Assembly (NCBI RefSeq): GCF_006345805.1
Contig: NC_043000.1
Coordinates: 33,356,001-33,420,000 of the forward strand
Direction of reading: 5' to 3'
Source of the DNA: Octopus sinensis
Taxonomy: Eukaryota
DNA: 64,000 bases
Under the pieces are notes generated by a model, which searched no databases, was not told the origin of the DNA, and saw nothing but the letters and a program-made list of their open reading frames with translations. A program made the translations under genes and the position numbers. Of this stretch, positions 1 through 12,374 are shown piece after piece. Position 1 is the stretch's first letter, and every line of letters starts with the position of its first letter.

Positions 1-679
1 TAGTGGAAGAGAGCTGGATTTACCAAGGCAACGGAGCTACTTCATCGGAATAATAATAATAATAATATTAATAATGAACACTTGTGTGTCTTGGTTGCAT
101 TCTTGTCCAACATTGAATGTTAGATAAATTCATTCTCTCTCTACTGACTTTTGGGTTCGTTCTCTCTGAATCCTGCCACGTAACAAAAAAAAAAAAAACA
201 TAAAAAAAAGCACAAATACAAAAAGAAAACAGAAAAATCCGAAGAAAACAATTCTTAAAAAAAATAAAAGAAGACTTCATCTCTTATCATTTATTTTTGA
301 ATTTTCAAGTTCCAAAAAATCTGGTTGTTACAAAATGAAAAAACTTGCCAACATACAAACTTAGTCAACACTATCACACACACACACACATACATACACA
401 CAGCATTTATTTCAGAAACATATCTATTACACTTCTAAATTGCATCATCAATATGTTGGTTTTATGTCAAATGACTGGGTGTGTGTGGGATGTGGGAGTG
501 GTGAGTAAGTAAATGTATTTGATTAGATTCTTCACTCTTTTATTGTTGTTATTGTCACTAACACTTGGTTATCTCCAACATTTATATAGCCCGCAACCTG
601 CTCAATTAGTCAGCCCTCATACCATAGATGACGAACTAAGAACATAAGCCTTTAAATGGTCACTCCATTCTCTTGCCAC

Positions 680-1075
680 AAGTAGAGGAGTTAAGCCCAG
701 ATCTGATCGGTTCAGTACGTTCTCTAACAGGAGTTTTAGACTCACAGACAGTACTTACCAAAGACAGAGGAGTTAAGCGTAGTCATCCACATTTAGTCAA
801 TACTCTCACTATTGATTCAGTTAATATAGACCCTGATATTTTTAGACAATATTCTAGGCACAAATTGAAGGGTAAGGGTCAGCTTGGACGTACTCAGACA
901 AGAATGCTCCTAGCAGACTGTAGAGTTTATGTCAGCCGTGTTTAATTAGACGATAGTCTCATCTGAAAGCAAAGGGTTAGATAAACTCTGATTTGCTCAT
1001 TTAGACAATACTCTCACTAAAACCCGAGGAGTTAGATGAAACTCTGACCTAGGTATTACTCTCACCACAGACTGC
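680..1075. repeat. Highly degenerate minisatellite-like tandem repeat
   Basis: Recurring motifs GAGGAGTTA(A/G), TTTAGACAATA(C/T)TCT and TACTCTCAC at irregular spacing; approximate bounds. Confidence 0.45.
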
Positions 1076-1333
1076 AAAACCTCAAAGAAAAACTTTATAT
1101 CAAGAAAGAATCTTTTTCTGTATTTGTTTCATTGGAAAGTAATTACAGTTTTTCATTCCAGTAATGCAACTCAGCTGTTTTTTTTTATTTCTTGTTTTAT
1201 TTTCTTCACCATCTCTTCCTCATGTCTAAATATCTACACACACGTGTGTGTGTGTGTAGTTTACTGTTCTGTTAAGGTAAAATCACCAAAAAAAAAAATG
1301 TATTCCATTCAGTGAGAGAGAAATGTCATTTAA

Positions 1334-1968
1334 GGCATTCCTTCGTTTTAACTCGACAAAACCATAACAAGACCTCGGTTGTTTCCATGACAACTGGACA
1401 ATTCACTTTGGATAACGTTGTGACCTCCGAAAATTTGTGGATTTTACATAACCCACATGAAGCAGGTAAGAACAAATATGCAAAGCTTTTTGCTGGCATA
1501 ATTTCGTTATATCTAAATTCCACAACACATGAATACATAAAGACGGAACACGCATTACGGAGGTCACGAAGATATCCAAAGGGAATTGTCAAGTTGACAT
1601 TGTTTGTTCCTTCTCGAGCCATCCCTGGCTCATAAGGGCCAGTTTCCCAGTTTCCTTGGCGTATAGGTTCCCCACCTGGACGGGACGCTGCTCCGTCGCA
1701 GGTGGGCTGCAAGATGCAGTAGGAAAGGGTGAGAGAAAGTTGTGGCGAAAGAGTCAGCAGAAGTTCGCCATTACCTTCTGCCGGAGCCACATGGAGCTTA
1801 GGTGTTTCGATCATAAACACACACATCGCCCGGTCTGAGATTCGAACCCGCGATCCCTCGACCGTGAGTCCGCTGCTCTAACCGCTAGTCCATGTGCCTC
1901 CACTCAAGTTGACATGGAAACAACTGAGGTCTTGTTATGGTTTTGTCGAGTTAAAACGAAGGAATGCC
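1334..1968. mobile_element. Non-autonomous DNA transposon (MITE), ~97-bp TIRs, 9-bp TSD (Merlin- or Mutator-like)
   Basis: Termini GGCATTCC...GGAATGCC; TSD GTCATTTAA at 1325-1333 and 1969-1977; left TIR 1334-1429; right TIR from 1558, split by a SINE. Confidence 0.85.
1601..1903 (-). mobile_element. tRNA-derived SINE family A, tail variant A3, nested in the MITE TIR
   Basis: Family-A-type tRNA head (GTGGAGGCACATGG...GGTTCGAATCT); 12-bp TSD TCAAGTTGACAT at 1589-1600 and 1904-1915. Confidence 0.85.
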
Positions 1969-2152
1969 GTCATTTAATGTACACGGTATAATGATGTGAG
2001 CTATAAATAGGTTCTTGCATTAGAGACCTGGGTCTAGGCAGGTTTTTTATAACCTGCCTTGTGTCCCCAAGGATAAAAACCTGCAAAGACCCACATCTCC
2101 AGTGTATGGAACCATTAGTTGCTCGTATCTTTATACTGTGTGCATATACATA

Positions 2153-2420
2153 TGTCATCATCATCATTTAATGTCTGCTTTCCATGCTGGCATGGGTTGG
2201 ATGGTTTGACAGTCCGTTTTGGCATGGTTTTTATGGTTGGATGCCCTCCATAATACCAACCTCTCCCCAGAGTGGACTGAATGCTTTTTATGTGGTGAGG
2301 TTAGTTTTGGCTTGGTTATTTTTACAGCTGGATGCCTTTACAAATGCCTGCCACTTTACTGTGTGGACTGGATGCTTCTCACATGGCATCAGCACACTGG
2401 TAGGGTCACCAAGTAATTTG
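2153..2420 (-). mobile_element. RTE-type LINE 3' end with (GAT)n tail
   Basis: (CAT)n followed by TTTAATGTCTGCTTTCCATGCTGGCATGGGTTGG, matching the 3' end of the RTE copy at 10010-10889; approximate bounds. Confidence 0.7.
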
Positions 2421-3871
2421 CAAGACAAAGAACCTTTGAGAGGGGTGGGGGCAATTGGAGGAGGGGTTCTTGTGTCTGGTGATGAAAGGTTAGAGTGTGA
2501 CAGAGAGAGAGAGAGAGAAACAGGTGTGTTGCCGTAGAGAAGAGGCATGGTTATCCTGTAAGAGAGAGAGATAAAGAGTGATCAGGATTGAGGCCAGTAA
2601 CAGAAGAGATACATGGTTAACCAGTCAGAGGGATAGAGGAAGAGAGCAGGAGGAAGATGGTGGCAAAGTGCCAGGGCTTGCTCACAAGGAACAGGGCTCA
2701 GAATATAAATAGGATAGTAGAGAAGAGCCAGGGAGAGATAAGAGGTGGCAAAATGGAAGGGCTACTCTCAAGATATGGGGTCGGAATATAAATGGTGGGG
2801 TATTGCTAAGGTGCATGAGTAGAGACTTCACATGAATGCAAAGAATGTGGGGGATAGGGGATGCAGTGACAGGTAAAAGCTGAGCATATAGACGAGGTGG
2901 GGGACAACAGGTTAGCAATGATACAATGAGCAGGGTGGTGAGGACAGGTTTGGGGGGTGAAAGAGAGGGATAGACATAGTGCAGGAAAAGAAGAAGAGGA
3001 GAGATGTAGTTTGGCTTGTTGGGGGTAAGGTATATGTATGTAAATATCCATAAATCTATAGCATATCGAAGGGGATTATTAAATCCAAACTAGATCCTTT
3101 GTCAGTGCTCTTGTAACTATTGGTTAACAGAGTATTTACAAGTGGACAATTTTCTTTAAAAGAAACCATTTATACAGAACGAAAAATTCCAAGTATACTA
3201 AATTTGTTGCAGAGTATCACACATGGAGTCCAAGAATGGAATTTATTACAGTTATGTTAGATACATGTGTTTTAATGATACCTGGTTGATATATTTTGTC
3301 ATAAATTAAAACACGACTTTGTAATGTTGGTTTCTAATTTTGATGCAGAGCCTGCAATTCTGGGGGAGAGGTTAGTGGATTACATTGTCCCCCAGTATCT
3401 AACTGGTACTTGTTTTATCAACCTCAAAAGTCATCTGCAGTGCAATTTGAACTCAGGACGTAAAGACATATAAAATGTTGCCCAATTTGTTAATGATTCT
3501 GGCAGCTTGATTGGTTTTCTGATACCACAACATTTTACTTGTAAACCCAGCACATCTCAAGACAAGGTTGAATAGTGATTGGTGTAGAATTTTGTCTGAT
3601 GTGCATGGATCACATGTAATTTATTGCGTTATTATTGGATCATTTAGGTTTTTATTCCTGGAAAAATATATCAACATGAATTGTTGAAACTCACTCAACT
3701 AAGGAATAAATGTAATACTTTTAGTTTTACATTCTGGTCCATTCTTGGACTTCAGATAGAACTGGCATTGTTTATGTTGTAAGAATAGAGAAGTGAAGGT
3801 GCTGCTTTAGTGTGTGATCTTCAAGGGAAATTGCTTTTTCCTGGTTTAAATAACAAAATCCGTAGTTCCGA

Positions 3872-4176
3872 TACCTGTGCCGGTGGCACGTAAAAAGCAC
3901 CATCTGAACGTGGGCGATGCCAGTGCCGCCTTGACTGGCTTCTGTGCCGGTGGCTCGTAAAGATCACCAACTGATCATGGCCACTGCCAGCCTCTCTTGG
4001 CACGTAAAAAGCAGCCACTTCACTCACGGAGTGGTTGGCGTTAGGAAGGGCATCCAGCTGTAGAAACACTGCCAGATCAGACTGGAGCCTGGTGCAGCCT
4101 CCTGGCTTCCCAGACCCCGGTCGAACCGTCCAACCCGTGCTAGCACGGAAAACGGATGTTAAACGATGATGATGAT
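3872..4176 (+). mobile_element. RTE-type LINE 3' UTR and tail
   Basis: Tandem GTGCCGGTGGCACGTAAAAAGCACC motifs, then CCAACCCGTGCTAGCACGGAAAACGGATGTTAAAC(GAT)n. Confidence 0.8.
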
Positions 4177-4609
4177 AACGTAAAAAGTAACCTAAAGTGA
4201 TCTACCTTTAAATTGGCAGCTGTCTTTTTTTTAAGAAATGATGTGAATTTAGTGCTGATTTCTTGTAGAAATGCAACTGCCTTCGTCTCATTGCTGACTA
4301 CATCGTAAAATCCTTTTGCCAATATCTTAATGGGGTTCTAGAAATTGAAAAGTAACCTAAATCTCCTTTTGTAGATCACATGCCAGAGCAGCACCTAAGT
4401 GAAATAATTTGTTTTTAATGAGGGAATTTAAAGTAGGGAAATAATGGTGTCTCGTGTGCACTGAAGATGTGAGTTCAAGTCCAACTGGCAGCTGTCACTT
4501 TTTTTTCTCCGAAAGGATTTCGTTTTTAAACTCGGTATTTACTCAATATTATTTATAGCTTCATCTAATTTTGAGTTCCGCTGTTAAAAATGAATAGAAA
4601 ATGTGTGTG

Positions 4610-4915
4610 TGTGTGTGTCATGTGATTGATCAGACTATAGGATATTGTTATACATCACTGGTCGCAGTGCACTTTGTGTCATTTTAGCATTTGAGTGATG
4701 CAACTCTACAGCTGGGTTAGGCGAGCAAGCCAACATTGCCCCTCGGTCAGGAGGCAAGGCCATCATAGAGTGACCGCTTTACAGCTGAGTGGACTGGAGC
4801 AAAGTGAGATGAAGTGTTTTGCTCGAGAACACAATGTGCCACATGGTCTGGGAATCGAACCCATGGTCTGGTGGTCGTGAGTGCAACATGCCTAACCGCT
4901 GGGCCATGCACCTTC
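4610..4915 (-). mobile_element. tRNA-derived SINE family D (CORE-like central domain)
   Basis: Reverse head GTGAAGGTGCATGGCCCAGCGGTTAGG...GGGTTCGATTCC, followed by CATCTCACTTTGCTCCAGTCCACTCAGCTG; approximate bounds. Confidence 0.7.
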
Positions 4916-5196
4916 ACTACACACACATACTTTTAAAGATCTCTATACCACCATCATCACTTTTCCATGCTTCAATGGGTTTGACAGATCCTCCCTCACC
5001 AACTACTTGTTACATTACTTTGCGAGGTTCAGCCACCTAAAATCAATTGTTACCATTTCTGTAAATGTCTTCTTCTGTTTCCTTCCACGTGGATCTCCTG
5101 CCAATTCTTTATCCACCTCTTACAATATATATATATCATCATCATCATCATCTGTTTTCCATGCTGGCATGGGTTGGACAGTTTGACTGCGGTCTG

Positions 5197-5566
5197 TTGC
5201 TGTTGAGCGAACGGTTTTCGTCCCAGAGCTCGCAAGATGGGAGAAGTCCGAAACGTGGTCCTTTGCTATTCGTAAGACCCGCAGAAGAGAAAGTAGGTCA
5301 ACCCCCGACACCGAGAGCATCGATGGATGGATGAATGTGCATCCAGGCTCAGCGGTTGCGTAGGAAGTCGGGGACAAGAAACAAGAAGAGTGAGAGAAAG
5401 TTGGGGTGAAAGAGTACAACAGGGGTCGCCAACACCCCCTGCCGGAGCCTCGTGGAGCTTTAGGTGTTTTCGCTCAATAAACACACAACGCCCGGTCTGG
5501 GAATTGAAACCGCAATCCTCTGACCACGAATCCGCTGCCCTAACCACTGGATCATTGCGCCTCCAC
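5197..5566 (-). mobile_element. tRNA-derived SINE family A, tail variant A1, inserted into an RTE 3' end
   Basis: Head GTGGAGGCGCAATG; tail CAACAGCAA; 13-bp TSD TGACTG(C/A)GGTCTG at 5184-5196 and 5567-5579. Confidence 0.9.
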
Positions 5567-6320
5567 TGACTGAGGTCTGGAAAGCTAGCGGCTGCACCAG
5601 GCACCAGTATATGTTAATATCTATACCAATGTAGCCATCTCTCTTACTACATCTTATTCAGTTTTCACCTCAACTCATCTGTCTCTCATATATACACACT
5701 TAACATCACACATCCATCAGAGAATGCTTGCTTTGTGTCTCTCCAACTTTTAAACATCCTCTCCATGCCATAGCCATGTCTTGTCGCAGTTCATGCACAA
5801 GCATTGTACAATCTACCCTTTGCCGGAAGAGAGAATCTCTTTGTTACCAGTTGAGGTAATAGTTCCCTAACTTCACCCATCCTGTCCTTATTCTGGCTAC
5901 TATATTTAACCCTTTAGTGTTCTGATTACTGTTAAATGTAATATTTTTTCACTCAAATTGTTTTGAATTAATCATGCATTGTCTAATAGCTTTGAGGTTT
6001 CAATGATGTGATTGTTTATTTTTAGAATGTCAATGTAAGTTAGGTGTGAGAGGCTAGATAGGGCCAGTTTGAATATAAAACAAGTAGAATATCTGGGCCA
6101 GATATGGCCGGTTTAAACACTAAAGGGTTAAACATCACCCTCTTCCATTTGTAATTCTGCTGCCATGGTAACAGAAACTATTAACTTCTTTAGACCCTGG
6201 CTTCTTTGACTCCAAGCTCTTCTTATACATCTGCTGTATACAAAGTTTTTATTTGCTGTCACCATGTCTACAATACCACTATATTTCTTGTGCACTCCTG
6301 GAACACATTTGATTACATCC

Positions 6321-6530
6321 TCATCATTTAATGTCCCTTTTCCATGCTGGCATGGGTTGGATGGTTTAATAGGTGTTGACCAGAGCTGCTCGGGCTCCAG
6401 TTGTCTGTTTTGGCATGGTTTCTATGGCTGGATGCCCTTCCTAATGCCAGCACCTTTATAGAGAGTACTTGATGCTTTTACATGGCATTGGTAAAGGTGC
6501 TATTACTGAGCATCAGCACCCATGAGCCTG
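6321..6530 (-). mobile_element. RTE-type LINE 3' end, degenerate
   Basis: CATCATTTAATGTCCCTTTTCCATGCTGGCATGGGTTGG...GGATGCCCTTCCTAATGCC; approximate bounds. Confidence 0.65.
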
Positions 6531-7162
6531 TAACACTAGGATCGCTCAGCTGAGAAAGGGATGCAGAGGACATGCCGGGATGTTTGGATAGCCTCAATTT
6601 CATTTAGCTGGGTGTGTCTTCTTAAGCAAACTGCCAGGACTCTCCATCTCTTCTCACCTCCTCTGTGAGGCCCAGTGTCTGAAGATCCTTTCTCACCATG
6701 TCATCCCATGTCTTCATGGGTCTACCTCTTCCACAGGTTCCCTCCACAATTAGAGATTGGAACTTCTTAATGCATCTGTTCTCATCTATATGCATCATAT
6801 GATCATACCTGTGCAGTCTTCACTCTTGGACGCTACATCTGATTTTTCTCTTAAAACACATTTACACTCTGTCATGCATGCACGCGGACATTGTCCATCC
6901 AGTAGAGCATGCTGTCTTCCTTTGTTTCAAGCCTTCACATGTCCTCTGTAGTGACAGCCCATCTCTCACTGCCATGTAGCATGGCTGTTTAATTATATTT
7001 TGTTTGGAATATCTTGACTGTGAGTTCGGTTTTTCTGTCTAATCTATAGAAACTATATGAACGACCGAAATAGTTAAGGTTTACCTTTGACTGTAATACT
7101 TCCCACTATGTATAGAGTTCTTTGACTAATGGTATCCCAGTTACGCAACCATGAGTATCCTA

Positions 7163-7350
7163 CATCATCATCATCATCATTTAACATTTGCCTTCCATGC
7201 TGGTTCGGGTTGGATGGTTTGACAGGAGCTGGCAAGCCAGAACCAAGCTCCACTGTCTGTTTTGACATGGATTCTGCAGCTGGATGCCCTTCATAACACC
7301 AACTACATTACAGAGTGGACAGTACTTTTTACATGGCATTAGCACTGGCA
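7163..7350 (-). mobile_element. RTE-type LINE 3' end, degenerate
   Basis: (CAT)n TTAACATTTGCCTTCCATGCTGG...CAGCTGGATGCCCT; approximate bounds. Confidence 0.65.
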
Positions 7351-7356
7351 TGGGCT

Positions 7357-7388
<32 letters not shown>

Positions 7389-7389
7389 C

Positions 7390-7720
7390 GTGAAGGCGCA
7401 TGGCTCAGTGGTTAGAGTATTGTGCTCACAATCATGAGGTAGTGAGTTCAATTCCTGGACTGGGCTGTATGTTGTGTTTTTGAGCAAGACACTTTATTTC
7501 ATGTTGCTCCAGTTCACTCAGCTCTGGAAATGAGTTGCAACGTCACTGGTGCCAAGCTGTATCCGCTCCTTTGTCTTTCCCTTGGATAACATCAGTGGTG
7601 TGGAGAGGGTAAGCTAATATGCATGGGTGACTGCTGGCCTTCCATAAACAACCTTGCCTGGACTTGTGCCTCAAGAGGGCAACTTTCAAGATCCAATCCC
7701 ATGGTCATTCATGACCAAAG
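7390..7720 (+). mobile_element. tRNA-derived SINE family D
   Basis: GTGAAGGCGCATGGCTCAGTGG (A box), GAGTTCAATTCC (B box), GAGCAAGACACTTTATTTCATGTTGCTCCAG. Confidence 0.8.
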
Positions 7721-7750
7721 AAGGGGCCTTTTTTTTTTTACTTAATATGT

Positions 7751-8125
7751 AGGTGCAGGTATAGCTGTGTGATAAGAAGCTTGCTTCCCAACCACATGGT
7801 TCCAGGTTCAGTCCCACTCTTGGTACTTTGGGCAAGTGTTTTGTACTACAGCCCTGGGCCAACCAAAATCTTGTGACTGGATTTGTTTGATGGAAACTGA
7901 CAGAAACCTGTTGTGTATATATATATTTATGTGTCTGTCTTTGTCCTCCCACCATTGCTCGACAACCGATGTTTGTGTGCTTACATCCCTGTGACTGAGC
8001 AGTTTGGCAAAAGGGACCGATAGAATAAGTATTAGACTTACAAAGACTAAGTCCTGGGGTCGAATTCTTCAACTAAAACCTTTTAAGGTGGCATGGCTGC
8101 AGTCAAATGACTGAAACATGTAAAT
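7751..8125 (+). mobile_element. tRNA-derived SINE family C (internal microsatellite), CpG-decayed
   Basis: Head GTGCAGGTATAGCTGTGTGATAAG...CCACATGGTTCCAGGTTCAGTCCC; tail GCAGTCAAATGACTGAAAC. Confidence 0.8.
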
Positions 8126-8547
8126 GAATATATATATATATAATTTACTGTCTGATTTCTATGCTGGATTGTGTTGGATGATTTGACCAGAGCTCAAAAC
8201 CAACCAAAGGACCGTGCCAGGTTCCATTTTTTTTTTTTTTTTTGTTTTGGAGTTGCCCAGGTTATTGCTGTTGAAGATACATTTTTTTCCTCATATTTCA
8301 AAATATCTATATTTTATTTTAAAAAAATATCCAGATTGTAATGGTAATAGAATTTAGAAGTGAAAATCTGTCAATCTTGAAGCACCTCTGGGTAAACAAT
8401 ATTCATTGTGTAATTTTTTGTTGGTGTCCAAATGAATGAATTGTTGCTTCCAACTTGTAAGCAACCAACATGGAGTTGGCCTTGGGAGAAGCCTGTAGTA
8501 GAGAGATCAAGTCCAACTGCCTCGTGGGATTGACTCTGAGATTTCGT

Positions 8548-8890
8548 CATCATCATTGTTTAACATCCGTTTTCCACGCTGGGATAGGTTGGATGGTTTG
8601 ACTGAGTTCTGGAAAGCCAGGAGGCTTCACCTGACTCCAGTCTGATCTGGTAATGTTTCTACAGCTGGATGCCCTTCCTAACACCAACCACTCCGAGAGT
8701 ATAGTGGGTGCTTTTTAGGTGCCACCAGCACAGGGGCCAGAGGGGGCCGGCATTGACCATGATTGGATGGTGCTTTTTATGTGCCACCGGCATGGGAGCC
8801 AGTCAAAGCAGCGCTGGCATCGACCACGTTCGGATGGTGCTTTTTATGTGCCACAGGCACAGAAGCCAGTCGGGGCGAGGCGACTGGCTT
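8548..8890 (-). mobile_element. RTE-type LINE 3' UTR
   Basis: (CAT)n TGTTTAACATCCGTTTTCC... plus repeated GGTGCTTTTTATGTGCCAC units. Confidence 0.75.
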
Positions 8891-10009
8891 TGTTAACTGA
8901 AATACCAAAAACTTAATTTGACTGGAAACTGAAGCCTCTTAAATTCAAATAGAACATCTGTATGTATGAGGTTGTTTTGGAATAAAGACATTTTCTCTTT
9001 TGTAACTACTGATTTGGTGGAAGTGTTTGAGAATGCCTAGGGAACAGACAGAGAGACAAGAATTTTATATATATAGAGATAACATGGCTACCTCAGCTGG
9101 AGAGAAAAGAGAGAGAAAGATGGAAAGAGATTGATGTGGTGGAGCTATGTCAGGACATACCCTGAATAGAAGTGGGGCAGGGGTAATAGATGTTTCATAA
9201 GAGTGTGAGGGGGAGGTGGTTAGAGATGGGGAAGGGGTGACTAGCAAGAGATGGTGAGCGAATACAGGCTGCTCATTGGTGCTGGTGAGGGGCAATGGTA
9301 GGTATGTGAGGGCATTGAGAATGAGTGTATCATAAGAGAGGTGTTAAGAATGGAACACAACAGAGGAGAGAGAGAGAGAGAAAGCAATGGCTGAAGGCCC
9401 AGAAAGGAGGAGATTGAGGGAAAAGTGAACAGGAGAGATAATGAGATGGAAATGGTTGTAGGGATGGATAGAAAGGTAGGGGATGCGGTACTTGTCTATT
9501 TTGCTCTCAGATGATTACAGCAGCCGAGTAGTGCCATGTATTGAGAAATGGTGACTGTTAGGGGATGCAATGTTGGGGAAATGCTTGACAGAGCAGAGAG
9601 AGAGTGGAGATGGGGCAGGGTCCCACATGTACAAGCAATTCCTGCATCACTCGAGGTGGTTTTAGGATACCAATTCTGCTGTGGTGGGCAGGTCTTCTCG
9701 AGTGCAGCAGAATACCAGTCATCTTGTCTTTTGTCATCTCTGTAAGGTCCCACATTCTCAGATCAGCTTTCATCTCATGTCTTTCTGGGCCTCCCTCTTC
9801 CAGAAGCTCCATTCACTTGTTTAAGCTTCTGTCCTTATTCATAGGTGTCACATGAGCAAACCATTGCAGTCTTGTACACTACATCTAATCCCTCTTATGC
9901 CCAAGTTTTCTCTCTCTCTCTCTCTCTTTCAACATATATGTATGTATGTATGTGTGTGTGCTTTTAAAGTCTGATGCTCTACCGACTGAGTTATATGGCA
10001 GTGAAACAT

Positions 10010-10889
10010 AGGCCGTGACTGCTGAGGACATGTGTAAGCTCGCAAGGAATGAAGCCAGTATGATCTGATGGATGTGTAATGTCATTGTGCATACTCGACA
10101 GAGTGTAAGTACCTTGAGAGAAAAGTTGGACCTAAGAAGCATCAGATGTAGTGTGCAAGAGAGACAACTGTGCTGGTATGGTCATGTGGCGAGAATGGAT
10201 GAGGATAGTTGTGTGAAAAAGTGCTACACCCTAGTGGTTGAAGGAACCTGTGGAAGAGGTAGACCCAAAAAGACCTGGGATGAAATGGTGAAGCACAACC
10301 TTCGAACATTAGGCCTCACCGAGGCAATGACTAGTGACCGAGACTTTTGGAAATATGCTGTGCTTGAGAAGACCCCGCAAATCAAATGAGACCATAACCT
10401 CATGGCCTCTGCTTGCGAAGACCTGTTGAGGCAAGTGAAATCGAAATCAAATTCGATGACTGGCATCTGTGCTAGTGGAATGCTAAGAGCACCATCCGAG
10501 CATGAGCGTTGCCAGAGTGGTTGACTGGCTTCCGTGCCAGTGGCATGTAAAAAGCACTTGTGTTGTGGAACTTGTGTTGGTAGCACTTGAAAAAAACATT
10601 CGAGCGAGGTCATTGCCAGTGCCGCTGGACTGGCTTCTGTGTAGGTGACACATAAAAAATACCATTTGAGCGTGGCCGTTGCGAGTACTGCCTGATTGGC
10701 CCTTGTGCTGGTGGCACATAAAAGCACCCACTACACTCTTGGAGTGACTAGCATTAGGAAGGGCATCTAGCTGTAGAAACTTTGCCAGATCAGATTGGAG
10801 CCTGGTGTGCAGTCACCTGCTTCGCCAGTCCTCAGTCAAATCATCCAACCCATGCCAATATGGAAAGCGAACGTTAAACGATGATGATA
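10010..10889 (+). mobile_element. 5'-truncated RTE-clade LINE (C-terminal ORF remnant, 3' UTR, (GAT)n tail)
   Basis: ORF 10072-10389 reads ...LCWYGHVARMDEDSCVKK...GRGRPKKTW..., typical of an RTE C-terminus; same 3' end as the other (GAT)n-tailed copies. Confidence 0.85.
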
Positions 10890-10994
10890 TACATACATAC
10901 ATACATATATATAATATAAATCATTTATATATGTATATATACATACGTATACATACATGTATACGTATATACATATGCATATGTGGGCACATGC

Positions 10995-11290
10995 CGTCAT
11001 AAAACGCAAACAACGAAAAATATGAAGTACGAGGACATGGAATATGAACTTTTTTTTGCAAACAACAAAAGAAACAAATGGAAAGCAAGACAAACAACAC
11101 AAAAAAACCCCGACCCTTCATCAGTTGTCGGCTGTTTTTCTAATCCGTATTTCGAGCAAGTCACGACAAGATACACCTTCGAAAAAAGAAGTTGCTTCCG
11201 CAAAACAAATTAGGTAAAATTTGGGATTTTGCAGAGGGTCAAATCCTGAAAGACTGCGTTTCCCTCCGGAAACAGTTCTGCAACCATAGG
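10995..11290. repeat. Unclassified dispersed repeat (second copy at ~17020-17230)
   Basis: Shared block GACCC(T/A)TCATCAGT...GTATTTCGAGCA...AAAATTTGGGATTTTGC in both copies. Confidence 0.7.
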
Positions 11291-11319
11291 ATGAATTTGA
11301 TCAAATAAAATGCTTAAAT

Positions 11320-11474
11320 AGGCGCAGGAGTGGCTGTGTGGTAAGTAGCTTGCTTACCAACCACATGGTTCCGGGTTCATGACACCTTGGGCAAGTATTT
11401 TCTACTATAGCCTCGAGCCAACCAAAGCCTTGTGAGTGGATTTGGTAGATGGAAACTGAAAGAAGCCCGTTGTA

Positions 11475-11514
<40 letters not shown>

Positions 11515-11718
11515 TGTGTGTCTGTGTTTGTCCCCCCAACATCACTTGACAACCGATGCTGGTGTGTTTGCGTCCCCGTAACTTAGCGGTTCGGTGAAAG
11601 AGACCGATAGAATATGTACTAGGCTTACAAAAAATAAGTCCTGGGGTCAATTTGCTCGACTAAAGGCGGTGCTCCAGCATGGCCACAGTCTAATGACTGA
11701 AACAAGTAAAAGAGTAAA
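11320..11718 (+). mobile_element. tRNA-derived SINE family C
   Basis: Head GGCGCAGGAGTGGCTGTGTGGTAAG; internal (TA)n; tail GACTGAAACAAGTAAAAGAGTAAA. Confidence 0.9.
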
Positions 11719-11721
11719 TAG

Positions 11722-12374
11722 TCTTGACTATTAATTCTGCTACGAAGGGAACCCATTGGGCTGGTGGAGTTCCAAGATATAGCCCCCCCCCACCAGGTCA
11801 TTACAGATTCTACTCCATGTTTAACAGTAGGAAGAAGGCAGTCTGGGTCAAATGCTTCTTTTGGCTGTCTCCTCACGTATACTTGGCCAGTGGTCAGAAA
11901 TAAGTTTAAGGATGACACATCCGAGAAAATAATTTCTTCCACTGCTCTAGGGACCAATTCTGTAGGATTTTACTCAACTCTAAATGCTTTGCGACGTTTG
12001 TTTTTGAAAGTAGTGGTTTTCTGATTGTAACCCTCCCGTGAAATCCGGCCTTGTGCAGCTCCCAGAGAACAGTTTTTGTGGAAACTGGGTTCCTGAGGTA
12101 GTCATTGAGCTCTGCAGTAATTTTGGGAGCTGTCTTTCTGTGATCCTTTCTAACAATTTGCATGAGAGTCTGACGGTCCCTATCTGAAAGTTTTGGTTTT
12201 CTTCCGGAGTTTTGTTTCGACGAGGAAGTTTTTCCCTCTTTCTCAAAGGCTTTCATTACTTTTGAGACAGTACCTCTTGATACACCAAACATTTTTGGCT
12301 GTTTTCGTTATGCTAGCACCTGCCATATGAGCACCAACAATTTGACCTCGTTGAAAGTCCTATAGATCTGTCAT
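11722..12374 (-). pseudogene. Tc1-family transposase pseudogene (N-terminal two thirds)
   Basis: MTDL*DFQRGQIVG..., HTH ...VSRGTVSK..., GRKPKLSDRDR, RKPLLS, W..(I)IFSD and PTVKHG..SVM.W across frameshifted ORFs 11906-12292 and 11625-11957. Confidence 0.9.

Noticed and set aside
4430-4506. GAGTTCAAGTCC B-box-like word followed by a T-run
   Set aside because: No A box or cloverleaf could be built.
11100-11160. CTGATGA on the minus strand with an upstream GCTCGAAA (also at ~17060-17105) as a type-II hammerhead
   Set aside because: Helices I and III cannot be formed consistently in both copies.
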